A DNA stretch of 64,000 bases, from positions 194,184,001 to 194,248,000 of the forward strand of contig NC_042997.1 in NCBI RefSeq assembly GCF_006345805.1. The letters run 5' to 3'. This document shows, one piece after another, positions 26,382 through 38,959 of this stretch. The notes beneath the pieces are model-generated. The model did no database searches. It saw only the letters and a list, made by a program, of their open reading frames with translations, and had not been told where the DNA came from. Positions within the stretch are counted from its first letter, which is position 1. Every line of letters starts with the position of its first letter. The position numbers were made by a program, and so were the translations under genes. The DNA comes from Octopus sinensis (taxonomy: Eukaryota).

Positions 26382-26398
26382 ATTATTATTATTATATT

Positions 26399-26452
<54 letters not shown>

Positions 26453-26654
26453 TTATTGTTATTATATTATATTTTCTACTGGAAGCACAAGGCCTCAATT
26501 TTGGGAGAAGGGCTTAAGTCAATTACATCGATCCCAGTGTCTAACTCAGAATTTGAACTCAGAACGTAGCAGCAGACAATATATCGCTAAGCATTTTCGT
26601 CCAGCGCGCTAACGATTCTGCCAGCTTGCCACCTTAATAATAATACTTTCTACT

Positions 26655-27924
26655 ATAGGCGTGGTTGTGGTTAAGAAGCTTGCTTCCCAACCACATGGTT
26701 CCAGGTTCAGTCCTACTACGTGACACCTTGGGCAAGTGTCTTCTACTGTAGCCTTGGGCCGACCAAAGCCTTGTGAGTGGATTTGGTAGACTGAAACTGA
26801 AAGAAACCCGTCGTGTATATAATGTATATATATATAATATATATATATATACTAAGCATAAGGGTCAGCAACGAATTGCCTTACCACATACCGAATTTAG
26901 AAATAGCAGTCAAAGGGTTATGCTATTTCTTCTACTAAAAAGGGAGATCTCAGTAAAAAACGCAATTGGAAGGCTGACACAAACAGGTAAGAGAGATGAA
27001 TTAACCGCAATCTATCAAACATTTTTAAAGTTATCCACGGACGTACGTTTCGAAATCAAGTTTTAGGAAAGCATAAGAATTAAATATTTAATATTAAATA
27101 ATTCTACTTACCCGAAACTTCTTTTCTCTTCAGCGTGGATACTATCATCATAATGATTATATTTAATTTTGAGATACTAGGAGGTACCAACTCAACTCAG
27201 TATCAGAGCGAGCTAGAATCCTCAACTAGTATCACACGAATTCAAATTTGTGAATGAAACGATTGTGTCAACAGCCCCTTCCCACCCGCGTGTAGCCAAA
27301 ACAAGATGCTGTAGTCATCTACTGAGATAAAATAATGGGTTATCCGTAATAATGAGGGTGAAATTAATTAATTTGGAATAATTATCAATTACCCAAGTAT
27401 CTTTCGGCATGTAAAAGCCTCATTTGAGAAAATTTAAGTAATACTAAGCAATAAGGTTCAGCAACGAATTGCCTTACCACATACCGAATTTAGAAATAGC
27501 AGTCAAAGGGTATAGCTATTTCTTCTACTAAAAAGGGAGATCTCAGTAAAAACATCAATTGGAAGGCTGACACAACAGGTAAGAGAGAATGAATTAACCG
27601 CAATCTATCAAACATTTTTAAAGTTATCCACGGACGTACGTTTCGAAATCAAGTTTTAGGAAAGCATAAGAATTAAAATATTAAATATTAAATAATTCTA
27701 TCTTACCGAACTTCTTTTCTCTTCAGCGTGGAATACTATAATCATAATGATTATATATTGAATTTTGAGATACTAGGAGGTACCAACTCAACTCAGTATC
27801 AGAGCGAGCTAGAATCCTCAACTAGTATCACCGAATTCAAATTTGTGAATGAAACGATTGTGTCAACAGCCCCTTCCCACCCGCGTATATATATATATAT
27901 AAAGAAACCCATCGTATATATATA

Positions 27925-27955
<31 letters not shown>

Positions 27956-28192
27956 ATATCTATATGTCCGTATGTGCGTATGTATTTGCGTTTGTTTGTC
28001 CCCCACCACCACCAGCCCCATCGCTTGACAACCGATGTTGATCTGTTTACGTCCCCGTAAAGTGGTTCGGCAAACGTGACCGATAGAATAAGTGCTAGGC
28101 TTACAAAGAATAAGTCCTGGGGTCGATTCGTTCGACGAAAGGCGGTGCTCCAGCATGGCCATAGTCAAATGACAGAAACAAGTAAAAGAGTA
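26655..28192 (+). mobile_element. SINE family A split at its (TA)n by a ~1035-bp insert
   Basis: Head 26655-26850 and tail 27886-28192 share the variant aagaaaccc. Confidence 0.7.
26851..27885. repeat. Direct duplication: 26851-27292 and 27442-27885
   Basis: Near-identical ~440-bp copies differing mainly by 1-bp indels, with a 150-bp spacer. Confidence 0.92.
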
Positions 28193-29279
28193 TAGGAACA
28201 AGGCCTGAAACTTGGGGGAGGGGATAGAAGAATACATCGATCCCCCTGTGTTTCACTGGTACTTAATTTATCGAACCCCGAAAGAATGAAAATCTAAATG
28301 GGCCTCAGCGGAATTTGAACTCAGAACGTAGCACCGGGTGGAAAAACCACTGAGCATTTCGTCCAGCTCGCTAACGATTCTTATTTCTTTATTGCCCACA
28401 AGGGGCTAAACACAGAGAGGACAAGCAAGGACAGGCAAACGGATTAAGTCGATTATATCGACCCCAGTTAAGAAATCGAGCTGGCAGAACCGTTAGCACG
28501 CTGGGCGAAATGCGTAGTCGTATTTCGTCTGCCGCTACGTTCTGAGTTCAAATTCCGCCGAGGTCGACTTTGCCTTTCATCCTTTCGGGGTCGATAAATT
28601 AAGTACCAGTTACATTCTTTCGGATGTAATCGTCTTAATCCGTTTGTCTGTACTTGTTTGTCCCCTCTGTGTTTAGCCCCTTGTGGGTAGTAAAGAAACA
28701 TATATCGACCCCAGTGCGTAACTGGTACTTATTTAATCGACCCCGTAAGAATGAAAGGCAAAGTCGGCCTCAGCTGAATTTGAACTCAGAACGTAGCATC
28801 GGGTGGAAAAACCGCTGAGCATTTCGTCCAGCTTGCTAACGATTCTTATTTCTTTATTGCCCACAAGGGGCTAAACACAGAGAGGACAAGCAAGGACAGA
28901 CAAACGGATTAAGTCGATTATATCGACCCCATTGCGTAACTGGTACTTATTTAATCAACCCCGAAATGATGAAAGGCAAAGTCTACCCCATTGCGTAACT
29001 GGTACTTATTTAATCAACCCCGAAATGATGAAAGGCAAAGTCGACCTCGGCGGAATTTGAACTCAGAACGTACCGGCAGACGAAATACCTATTTCAAACA
29101 AGGACAGACAAACGGATTAAGTTGATTACATCGACTCCAGTGCGTAACTGGTACTTAATTTATCGACCCCGAAATGATGAAAGGCAAAGTCGACCTCGGC
29201 GGAATTTGAACTCAGAACGTAGCGGCAGACGAAATACCGCTAAGTATTTCGCCCGGCGTGCTAACGACTCTGCCAGCTC
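28193..29279 (-). mobile_element. SINE-B multimer with an inverted copy nested at ~28470-28700
   Basis: Repeated T tails, recurrent junctions, terminal U tail. Confidence 0.85.
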
Positions 29280-29297
29280 GACAACTTCGCCATCTTA

Positions 29298-29357
<60 letters not shown>

Positions 29358-29519
29358 CGTTGTGTGGTATGTAAGGAGAAAACAATGAAGTAGAGAAGAG
29401 CGTTACAAGTGAGAAGATGACAGTTGGTGTCTGATGAAAAAACCCCACAGCAACAGACTGGCCTGCTGCGATGGATTTCACGCAAATATGATATATAGAG
29501 TCACTCGGTACACTTGTGC

Positions 29520-30691
29520 GCGCGCGCTAGTGTGTGTGTGAGAGAGAGATAGAGAGCAGAGTTTCAGTATGAGAGTGTTTGTGTGCGCATGAATGTGTGT
29601 GTGTGCGTGTGTGTGTGTGTGTGTGTGTGCCGGTGTGTGTGTGTGTGTGCCGGTGTGTGTGTGTGTGCCTGTGTGTGAGAAAGAGAGAAGGAGAGCCAGT
29701 ACGTGTGTGTGTGTATTTGTGAGTGTGCCTGTGTGTGTTTACCTGTGAGTGTGTATGTGTATGTGTGTGTATGTGTATGTGTGAGTGTGTGTTTGCTTGT
29801 GTGTGAGAAAGGGAGAAGGAGAGCCAGTACGTGTGTGTGTGTGTGTGTGTGTGTTTGCCTGTGTGTGAGAAAGAGAGAAGGAGAGCCAGTACGTGTGTGT
29901 GTGTGTGTGTTGTGTGTATTTGTGAGTGTGTGCCTCTGTGTGTTTTCCTGTGAGTGTGTATGTGTGTATGTGTATGTGTTTGCTTGTGTGTGAGAGAGCA
30001 GGAGAGGCAGTACGTGTGTGTGTGTGTATGTGTGTGTGTGCCTGTGTGTGAGAAAGAGAGAAGGAGAGCCAGTACGTGTGTGTGTGTTATTTGTGAGTGT
30101 GTGCCTGTGTGTGTTTACCTGTGAGTGTGTATGTGTATGTGTGTGTATGTGTCTGCTTGTGTGTGAGAAAGAGAGAAGGAGAGCCAGTACGTGTGTGTGT
30201 GTGTGTGTATTCGTGAGTGTGTGCCTGTGTGTCTTTACCTGTGAGTGTGTATGTGTGTATGTGTATCTGTGTGTATGTGTTTGCCTGTGTCTGAGAAAGA
30301 GAGAAGGAGAGCCAGTACGTGTGTGTGTATGTGTATGTGTGTGTGTGCCTCTGTGTGTATGTGTGTGTGTGCCTCTGTGTGTATGTGCATATGTTGCTGT
30401 ATGTGTTTGTACGTTTGTCCGTGAGTGCGTGTGTCAGACAAGAAGAATTGGTGTGCGCGTGTGTGTATGCGTTAGTATGAGTGTATGTGTGTCTGTATGT
30501 ATGTGTATGCGTGTCCGTGTTATGTCTGTGTGCCTGACCGTGTTTGTATGTGTGTGTGTGTGTGGCGTATGTCTTTCAATGTGTCTGCGTGTGCAAACAG
30601 TGTGTGTGTGTGTGTGCGTGCGTATGTCTGTCAATGTGTCTGCGGTTGCAAACAGTGTGTGTGTGTATGTGTGCGTGTGTGCGTGTGTGTG

Positions 30692-30747
<56 letters not shown>

Positions 30748-30750
30748 TGT
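29520..30750. repeat. (GT)n-rich minisatellite with recurring gagaaagagagaaggagagccagtac anchor
   Basis: Anchor repeated about seven times at 29675-30320, then grades into pure (GT)n. Confidence 0.92.
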
Positions 30751-31140
30751 GTGCAAACCTGATGAAACTTGAATCCCGTTCTTGATTTCATTATAAATAA
30801 CACCACAGACGATTGTAGCTGATATTTGTTGTCTGGTTTAAAAGCAGCACTGATCGAGTAGACATATGATCAAAGGCCTTCCAATCGTGGCTGACCTTGT
30901 CTATTTTCAGACATAGTGTGGTGTATCTAGAACCACATTAACCAACGTTCTTTATTTTTAAAACGGCAGGGAGTCATTTGAGGGATATTTAGTTGCTATT
31001 TCTAGAAACTCGAGCAAACCACATACAGGCTCTTTGATTTATTTTGAGACGGGTGGGGTTGTTGGTGGTGATGCTGAGGCTGTTGTTGTTGTTGATGATG
31101 ATGTTGTTGTTTTTGTTGTTGCTGCTGCTGCTGCTGCTAG

Positions 31141-31451
31141 TTTGTTTGTTTGTTGAGCAAAGCAGTCTTCTGTAGTGGGAGAAGTCCGAAACGTGGTCCT
31201 TTGCTATTCGTAAGACCCGCAGAAGAGAAAGCAGGTCAACCACCGACACCGAGACCATCGACGGATGGATGAAGTCGGGGACAAGAAACAGGAAGAAAGA
31301 GTGAGAGACAGTTGGAGCGAAACAGTACAACAGGGGTCGCCACCACTCCCTGCCGGAGCCTCGTGGAGTTTTAGGTGTTTTCGCTCAATAAACACACACA
31401 ACGCCCGGTCTAGGAATCGAAACCGCAATCTGGGCCATTGCGCCTCCACTG
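31141..31451 (-). mobile_element. SINE family D with internal deletions
   Basis: Reverse-complement match to 21644-22026. Confidence 0.85.
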
Positions 31452-31731
31452 TTGTTGCTAGTGGTATTGGTGGTAAGAGAGGTTGCGACGGCAGCGGCGT
31501 CGTAGGTGGGGAACGATAGGACTGGTGATTACGGAAAAGGTTTGTTGGCCGTTGTTTTACTCACGATTTACAATGGCGATGTAGTTTTGAGAAAGAGAGA
31601 GAGGGGGAGGCAGTGCGTGTGTGTGTGTATGTGTGTGTGTGAGTGTGTGTGTGTGTCTCAAGGCTGACTACTCGGTAGGGCAGACAGGGTTGTGTGCCCT
31701 AAGGCTTCATGTTTGACCTGAGGGTTGCTTT

Positions 31732-32991
31732 ATGAATAATGTTTTAAATGACTGAAATTAGGCTTCGTGAACGTCAAACTGAACCGACCAAGTAACTTAC
31801 AAAACATCATCAGTCAAGTCAGACTCTACTCTGGCATCTTATATTACATTTAGTGGGCGAGTGTAGAGAAAACGCGTAGGCTGATGGTGAAGGGATGAAC
31901 TCGCCATCATAAAATCGTGAATTCGATTCTTGGCTCGGGTGATGCTTTGAGCCTTTAAATAAGGCGCTTCAACTCACATTGTTCCTGTCCCCTCCGCAAT
32001 GCCAACCTGGTACTGGTGCAGATGTCACATTCTCCAGATGTCACACTCTCCATATGTCACATTATCCAGATGTCCCATTCTCCAGATGTCACACTCTCCA
32101 GATGTCACACTATCCAGATGACACATTCTCCAGATGTCACCCTCTCCAGATGTCCCATTCTCCAGATGTCACATTCTCCAGATGTCATTCTCCAGATGTC
32201 ACTCTCCAGATGTCACACTCTCCAGATGTCATATTTTTTATGTTCAGCTGGGTCAGGAGTAGGAAGGTCATGCGGATGTCTATTTTTGCTCGCGAATACA
32301 CAGGCATCTAAAAAAAATTAGTGAAAGTATGGTACTTACTACCAGATCATACTCGCTTGCAAGTGACGGCTGTAGTCTTCTTCTTCTTCCAATCAGGACT
32401 CATGCCATGAATAATGTTTTAAATGACTGAAATTAGGCTTCGAGAATGTTCAAACTGAACCGACCAAGTAACTTACAAAACATCATCAGGCAAGTCAGAC
32501 TCCACTCTGGCATCTTATATTACGTTTAATGAGTGAGTGTAGAGAAAACGCGTAGGCTGATGGTGAAGGGGTTCAACTCGCCCTCATAAAATCGTGAATT
32601 CGATTCTTGGCTCAGGTGATGCTTTGAGCCTTTAAATAAGGTGCTTCAACTCACATTGTTCCTGTCCCCTCCGCAATGCCAACCTGGTACTGGTGCATAT
32701 GTCACATTCTCCAGATGTCACACTCTCCAGATGTCACACTCTCCAGATGTCACACTATCCAGATGTCACACTATCCAGATGTCACACTATCCAGATGTCA
32801 CACTCTCCAGATGTCACATTTTTTATGTTCAGCTGGGTCAGGAGTAGGAAAGTCATGCGGATGTCTATTTTTGCTCGCGAATACACAGGCATCTAAAAAC
32901 AATTAGTGAAAGCATGGTACTTACTACCAGATCATACTCGCTTGCAAGTGACGGCTGTGGTCTTCTTCTTCTTCCAATCAGGACTCATGCC
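31732..32991. repeat. Tandem duplication (31732-32406, 32407-32991), each with a ccagatgtcacact minisatellite
   Basis: Same flanks; arrays of ~210 and ~120 bp; 32 bp from the N gap. Confidence 0.92.
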
Positions 32992-33023
32992 ATTAGCCAC
33001 AAAGAATAATCGCTAATTCGAGC

Positions 33024-33123
33024 NNNNNNNNNNNNNNNNNNNNNNNNNNNNNNNNNNNNNNNNNNNNNNNNNNNNNNNNNNNNNNNNNNNNNNNNNNNNN
33101 NNNNNNNNNNNNNNNNNNNNNNN
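33024..33123. other. Assembly gap, 100 N
   Basis: Direct reading. Confidence 1.
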
Positions 33124-33289
33124 TTGGTTGGCCTGGGGCTATAGCAGAAGACACTTGCCCAAGATGCCACGCAGTGGGACTGAACCCGGAACCATGTGGT
33201 TGTTTAGCAAGCTACTTACCACACAGCCACTCCTGCGCCTATATGTTTTATTATTTTAATTATTCATTTATTTAATTGTTTCGTTTCAG

Positions 33290-33387
33290 AATTGCACAGC
33301 GACCCAAATACAGAAAGGTGTATCGAGTTAGGAAGGAACTGGCTTGGAAATGCTGTCCTGGTTTTAACGGCAACAATTGTGAAAATG
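33290..33387 (+). CDS. COL26A1-like: Exon of EMI-domain collagen (COL26A1/EMID1-like): EMI domain C-terminal half
   Basis: Acceptor ttgtttcgtttcAG, donor G|GTAACG; 98 nt, phase 2 to 1; encodes (R)IAQRPKYRKVYRVRKELAWKCCPGFNGNNCEN, matching the EMI signature RPxY..Y..W-x-CCPG-x-x-G-x-x-C. Confidence 0.9.
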
Positions 33388-34059
33388 GTAACGACTAAAT
33401 TCTTTCACTTCATATTATTCTTACTGATTTATGTAGAAAACCAGCAATTTTGAGGGAGGTGAGGTTAACTGACATCATTGAGGGAGGTGGGGTTAGTTAA
33501 ATGCAGAACAAATACAGCCAGACATTTTATCTGCCGTTCAAGAATTTGGACCTGGAGATCTCCATTTCCAGTGACTTCGAGGGCCACCTCCCAGTGGTGT
33601 CGGGGGTCAACGAAGAGCCCTCGACTACAACAAGACGACCAAAGTTTTTCTTTTTTTTTTCCCCCCAGTCTGGGGTCGCCCGCCCCTAAGCCCTAGACCA
33701 TCACCTAATCACCCTTACCCGTCTTGTTCCTTAACAACAACAACAACGACATTTTATCCGACGCTTTAACGATTCTAGCATAGTCCTGGGTACACTGACC
33801 CTGGGTTAAAAGAAAAAAAAGAGGGATAGTAAATGCTTCGACACCTTTTAACACCTTTAATCATAAGTGTGCTCAATCATTGATGTCCTAGGGGTAAACA
33901 ACAGCAGCAAAAACAACAACAAAAAAATACCGTTAAAAACGGGTCAATGACACTTCTACTTCCGCTTAAGAAGTCAGTATCGTAGCCGCTCACTAATTCA
34001 CCTTATCATCAACATAGCTAAATAGACTTCATAAAAAGTTGTTGTTATTGTTGTTGTTG

Positions 34060-34120
<61 letters not shown>

Positions 34121-34444
34121 CCAACAAACATTTCTTATTCTTAGCAACAATTTTGTCGAGAAGCTAGTTATTCTAAATTCATTGTACTTTACCGTACTTC
34201 TATTTCCGGTCTTAAAATTACTTTCATCGTTCCCGTAATTGCTGTTGAATGACAAATAAAAATCTAATATTTCTTGTTTGCTGTGGGGTTTTTTTTTTTT
34301 TGTCATTTTCTTTTTGCTTTTCTTATGCATTTTTTTTTTGGTGGGGTGGAGGGCTCAGTTTTGCTTTCGTTAAACATTACAGATTTTGTGCTTTTTAAAT
34401 TTTTTTTAATCTTTACTTTTTTTTTTTCTCTCGTTTCATTCCAG

Positions 34445-34506
34445 AATGTTTTAATTGCACAGTTCTGGAAACTATGCAGAACCAAATAAAGCAGTTAGAG
34501 ACACGA
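34445..34506 (+). CDS. COL26A1-like: Exon of COL26A1/EMID1-like gene: CxxC motif plus coiled coil
   Basis: Long pyrimidine tract ending ttccAG, donor CGA|GTAAGT; 62 nt, phase 1 to 0; encodes ECFNCTVLETMQNQIKQLETR, resembling the segment after the EMI domain in vertebrate COL26A1 as I recall it (ECMNCT..LTTLEAK). Confidence 0.9.
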
Positions 34507-35111
34507 GTAAGTATTAAGAATCTCTTATGTTTTTCCCATCTTTTACTTGTTTCAGTTCGTAGACTGCGACCATGCTGGGGCATCATCTGAGAGGTTTTTT
34601 TAGTCGAATGGATCACCCTAGTATTTATTTCTTTTAAAAGCCTGGTACATTGATTGGTTGAAATTGCCGAAATGCAAGAAATTAAAGACCAAATATCTTA
34701 CAAACTATAGAATTTTCTCAATAAAGCCAAGAGAAAAAGATGTTTTATAAACACATTCTACCAGTATACGAAGTTTAAAAGTGTTTAGTTACATAGAAAT
34801 TATTTTAAAAAACTGCCGTTCAAACCGAAAAGATCCCTTATTCTATCGGATCTCTATCACCGAATGGCTAAGTTACGTGGACGTAAACGCACCAATATCG
34901 GTTGTGCATCGATGGTAGGAGTGGGCACACACAAATACACATACACACACATGCGCGCGCATATATATAGTTCACAGATGAGATCCAGATATTCTCTGAT
35001 TAGAATTCACTTTGAAGTGCCCAAAAATTTCAAACTTAGACTCCGATATATGTATATATATATAGAGAGAGAGAGGGAGAGAGAGAAAGAGAGAGAGAGA
35101 GGGAGAGATAG

Positions 35112-35145
<34 letters not shown>

Positions 35146-35511
35146 AGCTATACATCCATATGTTAAATAAATATATATTTAGTCTCGTTGGGAAATTAAG
35201 TACCGGGGATTTACCACAAGGTTTTTGACAGCTTGGAATGTCGACCCGAGTTAGCAAGTCGTCTGTGTTCGCTTGCCTCAAACTAATCCTTTCTACTTAT
35301 AGGTACAAGGCATAAAATTTTGCGTGAGGGGGCGAGTCGATTATATAGACCCCAGTGTTCAACTGCTACTTATTTTATTGACCCCCGAAAGCATGAAAGG
35401 CAATGTCGACTTCGGCGGGATTTGAACTCAGAACTTAAAACCGAAAGAAATGCCGCTGGGCATTTTGTCCGGCGCGCTAACCATTTTGCAATTCACTGCC
35501 TTTCTCCCTCA

Positions 35512-35947
35512 CTCTTTTACTCTTTTTCTTGCTTCAGTCATTTCACTGTGGCCATGCTGGAGCATCACATTTTAGTCGAGCAAATCGACCCCAGGAATTA
35601 TTCTTTGTAAGCCTACTACTTATTCTATTGGTGTCTTTTGCCGAACCGCTAGCTTACGGGGACGTAAACACACCAGCATCGGTTGTCAAGCGATGTTGGG
35701 GGAACAAACACAGACACATAAACATACACACACACACACACGCACACACACACACACATACACACACACACACATACGTATATACGACGGGCTTCTTTCA
35801 GTTTCCGTCTACCAAATCCACTCACAAGGCTTTGGTCGGCCCGAGGCTATAGTAGAAGACACTTGCCCAAGATTCCACACAGTGGGACTGAACCCGGAAC
35901 CATGTGGTTGGTAAGCAAGCTACTTACCACACAGCCACTCCTACGCC
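35512..35947 (-). mobile_element. SINE family A
   Basis: Family match. Confidence 0.9.
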
Positions 35948-36294
35948 CTTGCAAAATAATGGCTTCAACTTTTAGCTCAGCATATTTTGAAGCGAGAAGG
36001 AAGTCGATTGCATCGACCTCAGTACTTAATTTATCGATCCCGAAAGGACGAAAAGGCAAGTCGAGCTCGGCGGAATTTGAACCCAGAACGTAAAGACAGA
36101 CGAAATGCCGCTAAGCATTTTGTCCGGCTTGCTAACGATTCTGCCAGCTGACTGCCTAATTTAAAAGACAGTTGGCCTCGGTGGAATTTGAATATGGAAC
36201 GTAAAGAGAGAAGAAATGCTGCTATACATGTAGTCCGGCATACTAATAATTCTGCCTGCCCGTCACCTTCATCGCCTCCATAATATTCACAGCC

Positions 36295-36860
36295 ACAAGG
36301 TGGCGAGCTGGCAGAAACGTTAGCACGCCGGGCGAAATGCGTAGCCGTATTTCGTCTGTCGTTACGTTCTGAGTTCAAATTCCGCTGAGGTCGACTTTGC
36401 CTTTCATCCTTTCGGGGTCGATAAATTAAGTACCAGTACGTACGTACTGGGTCGATGTAATCGACCTGAACCTATGTCTGTCCTTGTTTGTCCCCTCTGT
36501 CTTTGGCCCCTTGTGGGTAATAAAGAAATAGGTATTTCGTCTGCCGCTACGTTCTGAGTTCAAATTCCGCCGAGGTCGTCTTCGCCTTTCATTTTTTCGA
36601 GGTCGATAAATTAAGTACCAGTTACGCACTCGGATCGATGTAATCGACTTAATCCATTTGTCTGTCCTTGTTTGTCCTCTCTGTGTTTAGCCCCTGTGGG
36701 TAGTAAAGAAATAGGTATTTCGTCTGTATTCATGTTCTGAAAGGCAAAGCTCGACCTTGCCTTTCATCTTTTCGAGGTCGATAAATTAAGTACCAGTTGC
36801 ATACTCGGTCGATCTAACCGAGTGGGCTCGTCCCCCAAAATTTCGGGCATTGTGCCCGCC
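36295..36860 (+). mobile_element. Head-to-tail SINE-B trimer (T, T, U tails)
   Basis: gaaata|ggtatttcg junctions at 36530 and 36713. Confidence 0.88.
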
Positions 36861-36899
36861 AGAACCTCCAAAAAGAAAAGAAGAAAAAAGGAATAACAT

Positions 36900-37312
36900 A
36901 GGCGTAGGAGTGGCTGTGTGGTAAGTAGCTTGTTTACCAACTACATGGTTCCGGGTTCAGTCACACTGCGTGGCACCTTGGGCAAGTCTCTTCTACTATA
37001 ACCTCGGGCCGACCAAAGCCTTGTGAGTGGACTTTTTGGGCGGAAACTGAAAGAAGCCCGTCATATATATGTATATATATATATGTGTGTGTATATGTTT
37101 GTGTGTCTGTGTTTGTCCCCCAACATCACTTGACAACCGATGCTGGTGTGTTGACGTCCCCGTAACTTAGCGGTTCGGCAAAAGAGACCGATAGAATAAG
37201 TACTAGGCTTACAAAGAATAAGTCCTGGGGTTGATTTGCTCGACTAAAGGCGGTGCTCCAGCATGGCCGCAGTCAAATGACTGAAACAAGTAAAAGAGTA
37301 AAAGAGTAAAGA
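36900..37312 (+). mobile_element. SINE family A
   Basis: Family match. Confidence 0.9.
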
Positions 37313-37560
37313 GTATACTTCATATATTTGATGTGTTTAATTTACTTATCCCCACATTTGCTTCTCTAACTATCCCCTAACCCCGCTCAACCTGATCCCT
37401 CTTACCTTTGGAATGATCCCCCTACAAGACATATATATATACACACACCACCCACACATACATGTATAATATATATCTATATATATGTATGTGTATGTAT
37501 GTATGTATGTATGTATGTATATATATATATTAAAGATATAATATATATATATATAATATA

Positions 37561-37603
<43 letters not shown>

Positions 37604-38205
37604 ACTACATCTGTTTCCAATTCACACATCAATGAGTTCCGGCGTTGTTTTTTTCCTTTCCTGTTTATGTAAATATTTTCTTCCCCCGTTGCACCTGTAC
37701 TTAACGACACGAGATTTTCCTCAAGTAATTAGCCAACCCAATCAATTATTTTAAACACAATATTAACTAAAATAAAGATCTGCAGTTCTAGAGTTAATTC
37801 CCCCATAAAGTCACGTTGCCATGATCAGCAGACGATTCTTATCGCCAATGTTTCCTAACCTGCCTTATCTCGTCCTTCCAATTGCAATGGGTTTTTTATT
37901 TCCAGCATTTATCTTAAAGGGCTTCCAGGTTTATAACTTTACTTAAATTTTATAATCCCTCGCCCCCTTCTTTAAAGATTTCATAAAAGAAATACTTATT
38001 TTGCTAAAAATATAGTTTTATCGTTAGATTTTAATTAAATATATATTTTAATGTTGTTTTTTATCACTTTAAACGTCTCTAAATTTCCCAGTATTATCAA
38101 TTCCTGTTTGCGCTATATTAATATTTCTGTTTCACTAGAAACAGCTGCAATGGCAGCAAAATCGTGTAAGCCAGACTAAAATACCGCGTGGTATTTTGTT
38201 ACTTA

Positions 38206-38959
38206 AAGGCAGCGAACTGGCAGAAACGTTAGCACGCCGGGCGAAATGCTTAGCGGTATTTCGTCTGCCGAAGGCGGCGAGCTGGCAGAAACGTTAGCAC
38301 GCCGAGCAAAATGCTTAGCGGTATTTCGTCTGCCGAAGGCGGCGAGCTGGCAGAAACGTTAGGCACGCTGGGCGAAATGCTTAGCGGTATTCGTCTGCCG
38401 TTACGTTATGAGTTCAAATTCCGTTCCGCCGAGGTCGACTTTGTCTTTCACATCCTTTCGGGTCGATTAAATAAGTACCAGTTACGCACTGGGGGTCGAT
38501 AATAATCGACTTAATCCGTTTTCTGTCCTTGTTTGTCCCCTCTGTGTTTAGCCCCCTTGTGGGTAAGTAAAGAAATAGGTATTTCGTCTGCCGTTACGTT
38601 GTGAGTTCGAATTCCGCCGAGGTCGACTTTGTCTTTCATCCTTTCGGGGTCGATTAAATAAGTCCCAGTTACGCACTGGGGTCGATATAATCGACTTAAT
38701 CCGTTTGTCTGTCCTTGTTTGTCCCCTCTGTGTTTAGCTAGCCCCTGTGGGTAATAAAGAAATAGGTATTTCATCTGCCGTTGCGTTCTGGGTTCAAATT
38801 CCGTCCGCCCAGGAGGGTCGACTTTGTCTTTTCATAAATCCTTTCGGGGTCGATTAAATAAGTACCAGTTACACTGGGGTCGATATAATCGACTTAATCC
38901 GTTTGTCTGTCCTTGTTTGTCCCCTCTATGTTAAGCCCGCTGTGGGTAGTAAAGAAATA
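38206..38959 (+). mobile_element. Doubly self-nested SINE-B
   Basis: Two 65-bp head stubs, one full copy, two 3' remainders; inner TSD ggtatttcgtctgccg; outer TSD ggtattttgt(t/a)actta at 38190-38205 and 38960-38975. Confidence 0.92.

Noticed and set aside
32020-32230. Short regular repeats as a possible CRISPR array
   Set aside because: No unique spacers; eukaryotic minisatellite.
33574-33620. tcgagggc..gccctcga stem as a possible HDV-like ribozyme
   Set aside because: No P3/L3 or J4/2 pattern could be fitted.
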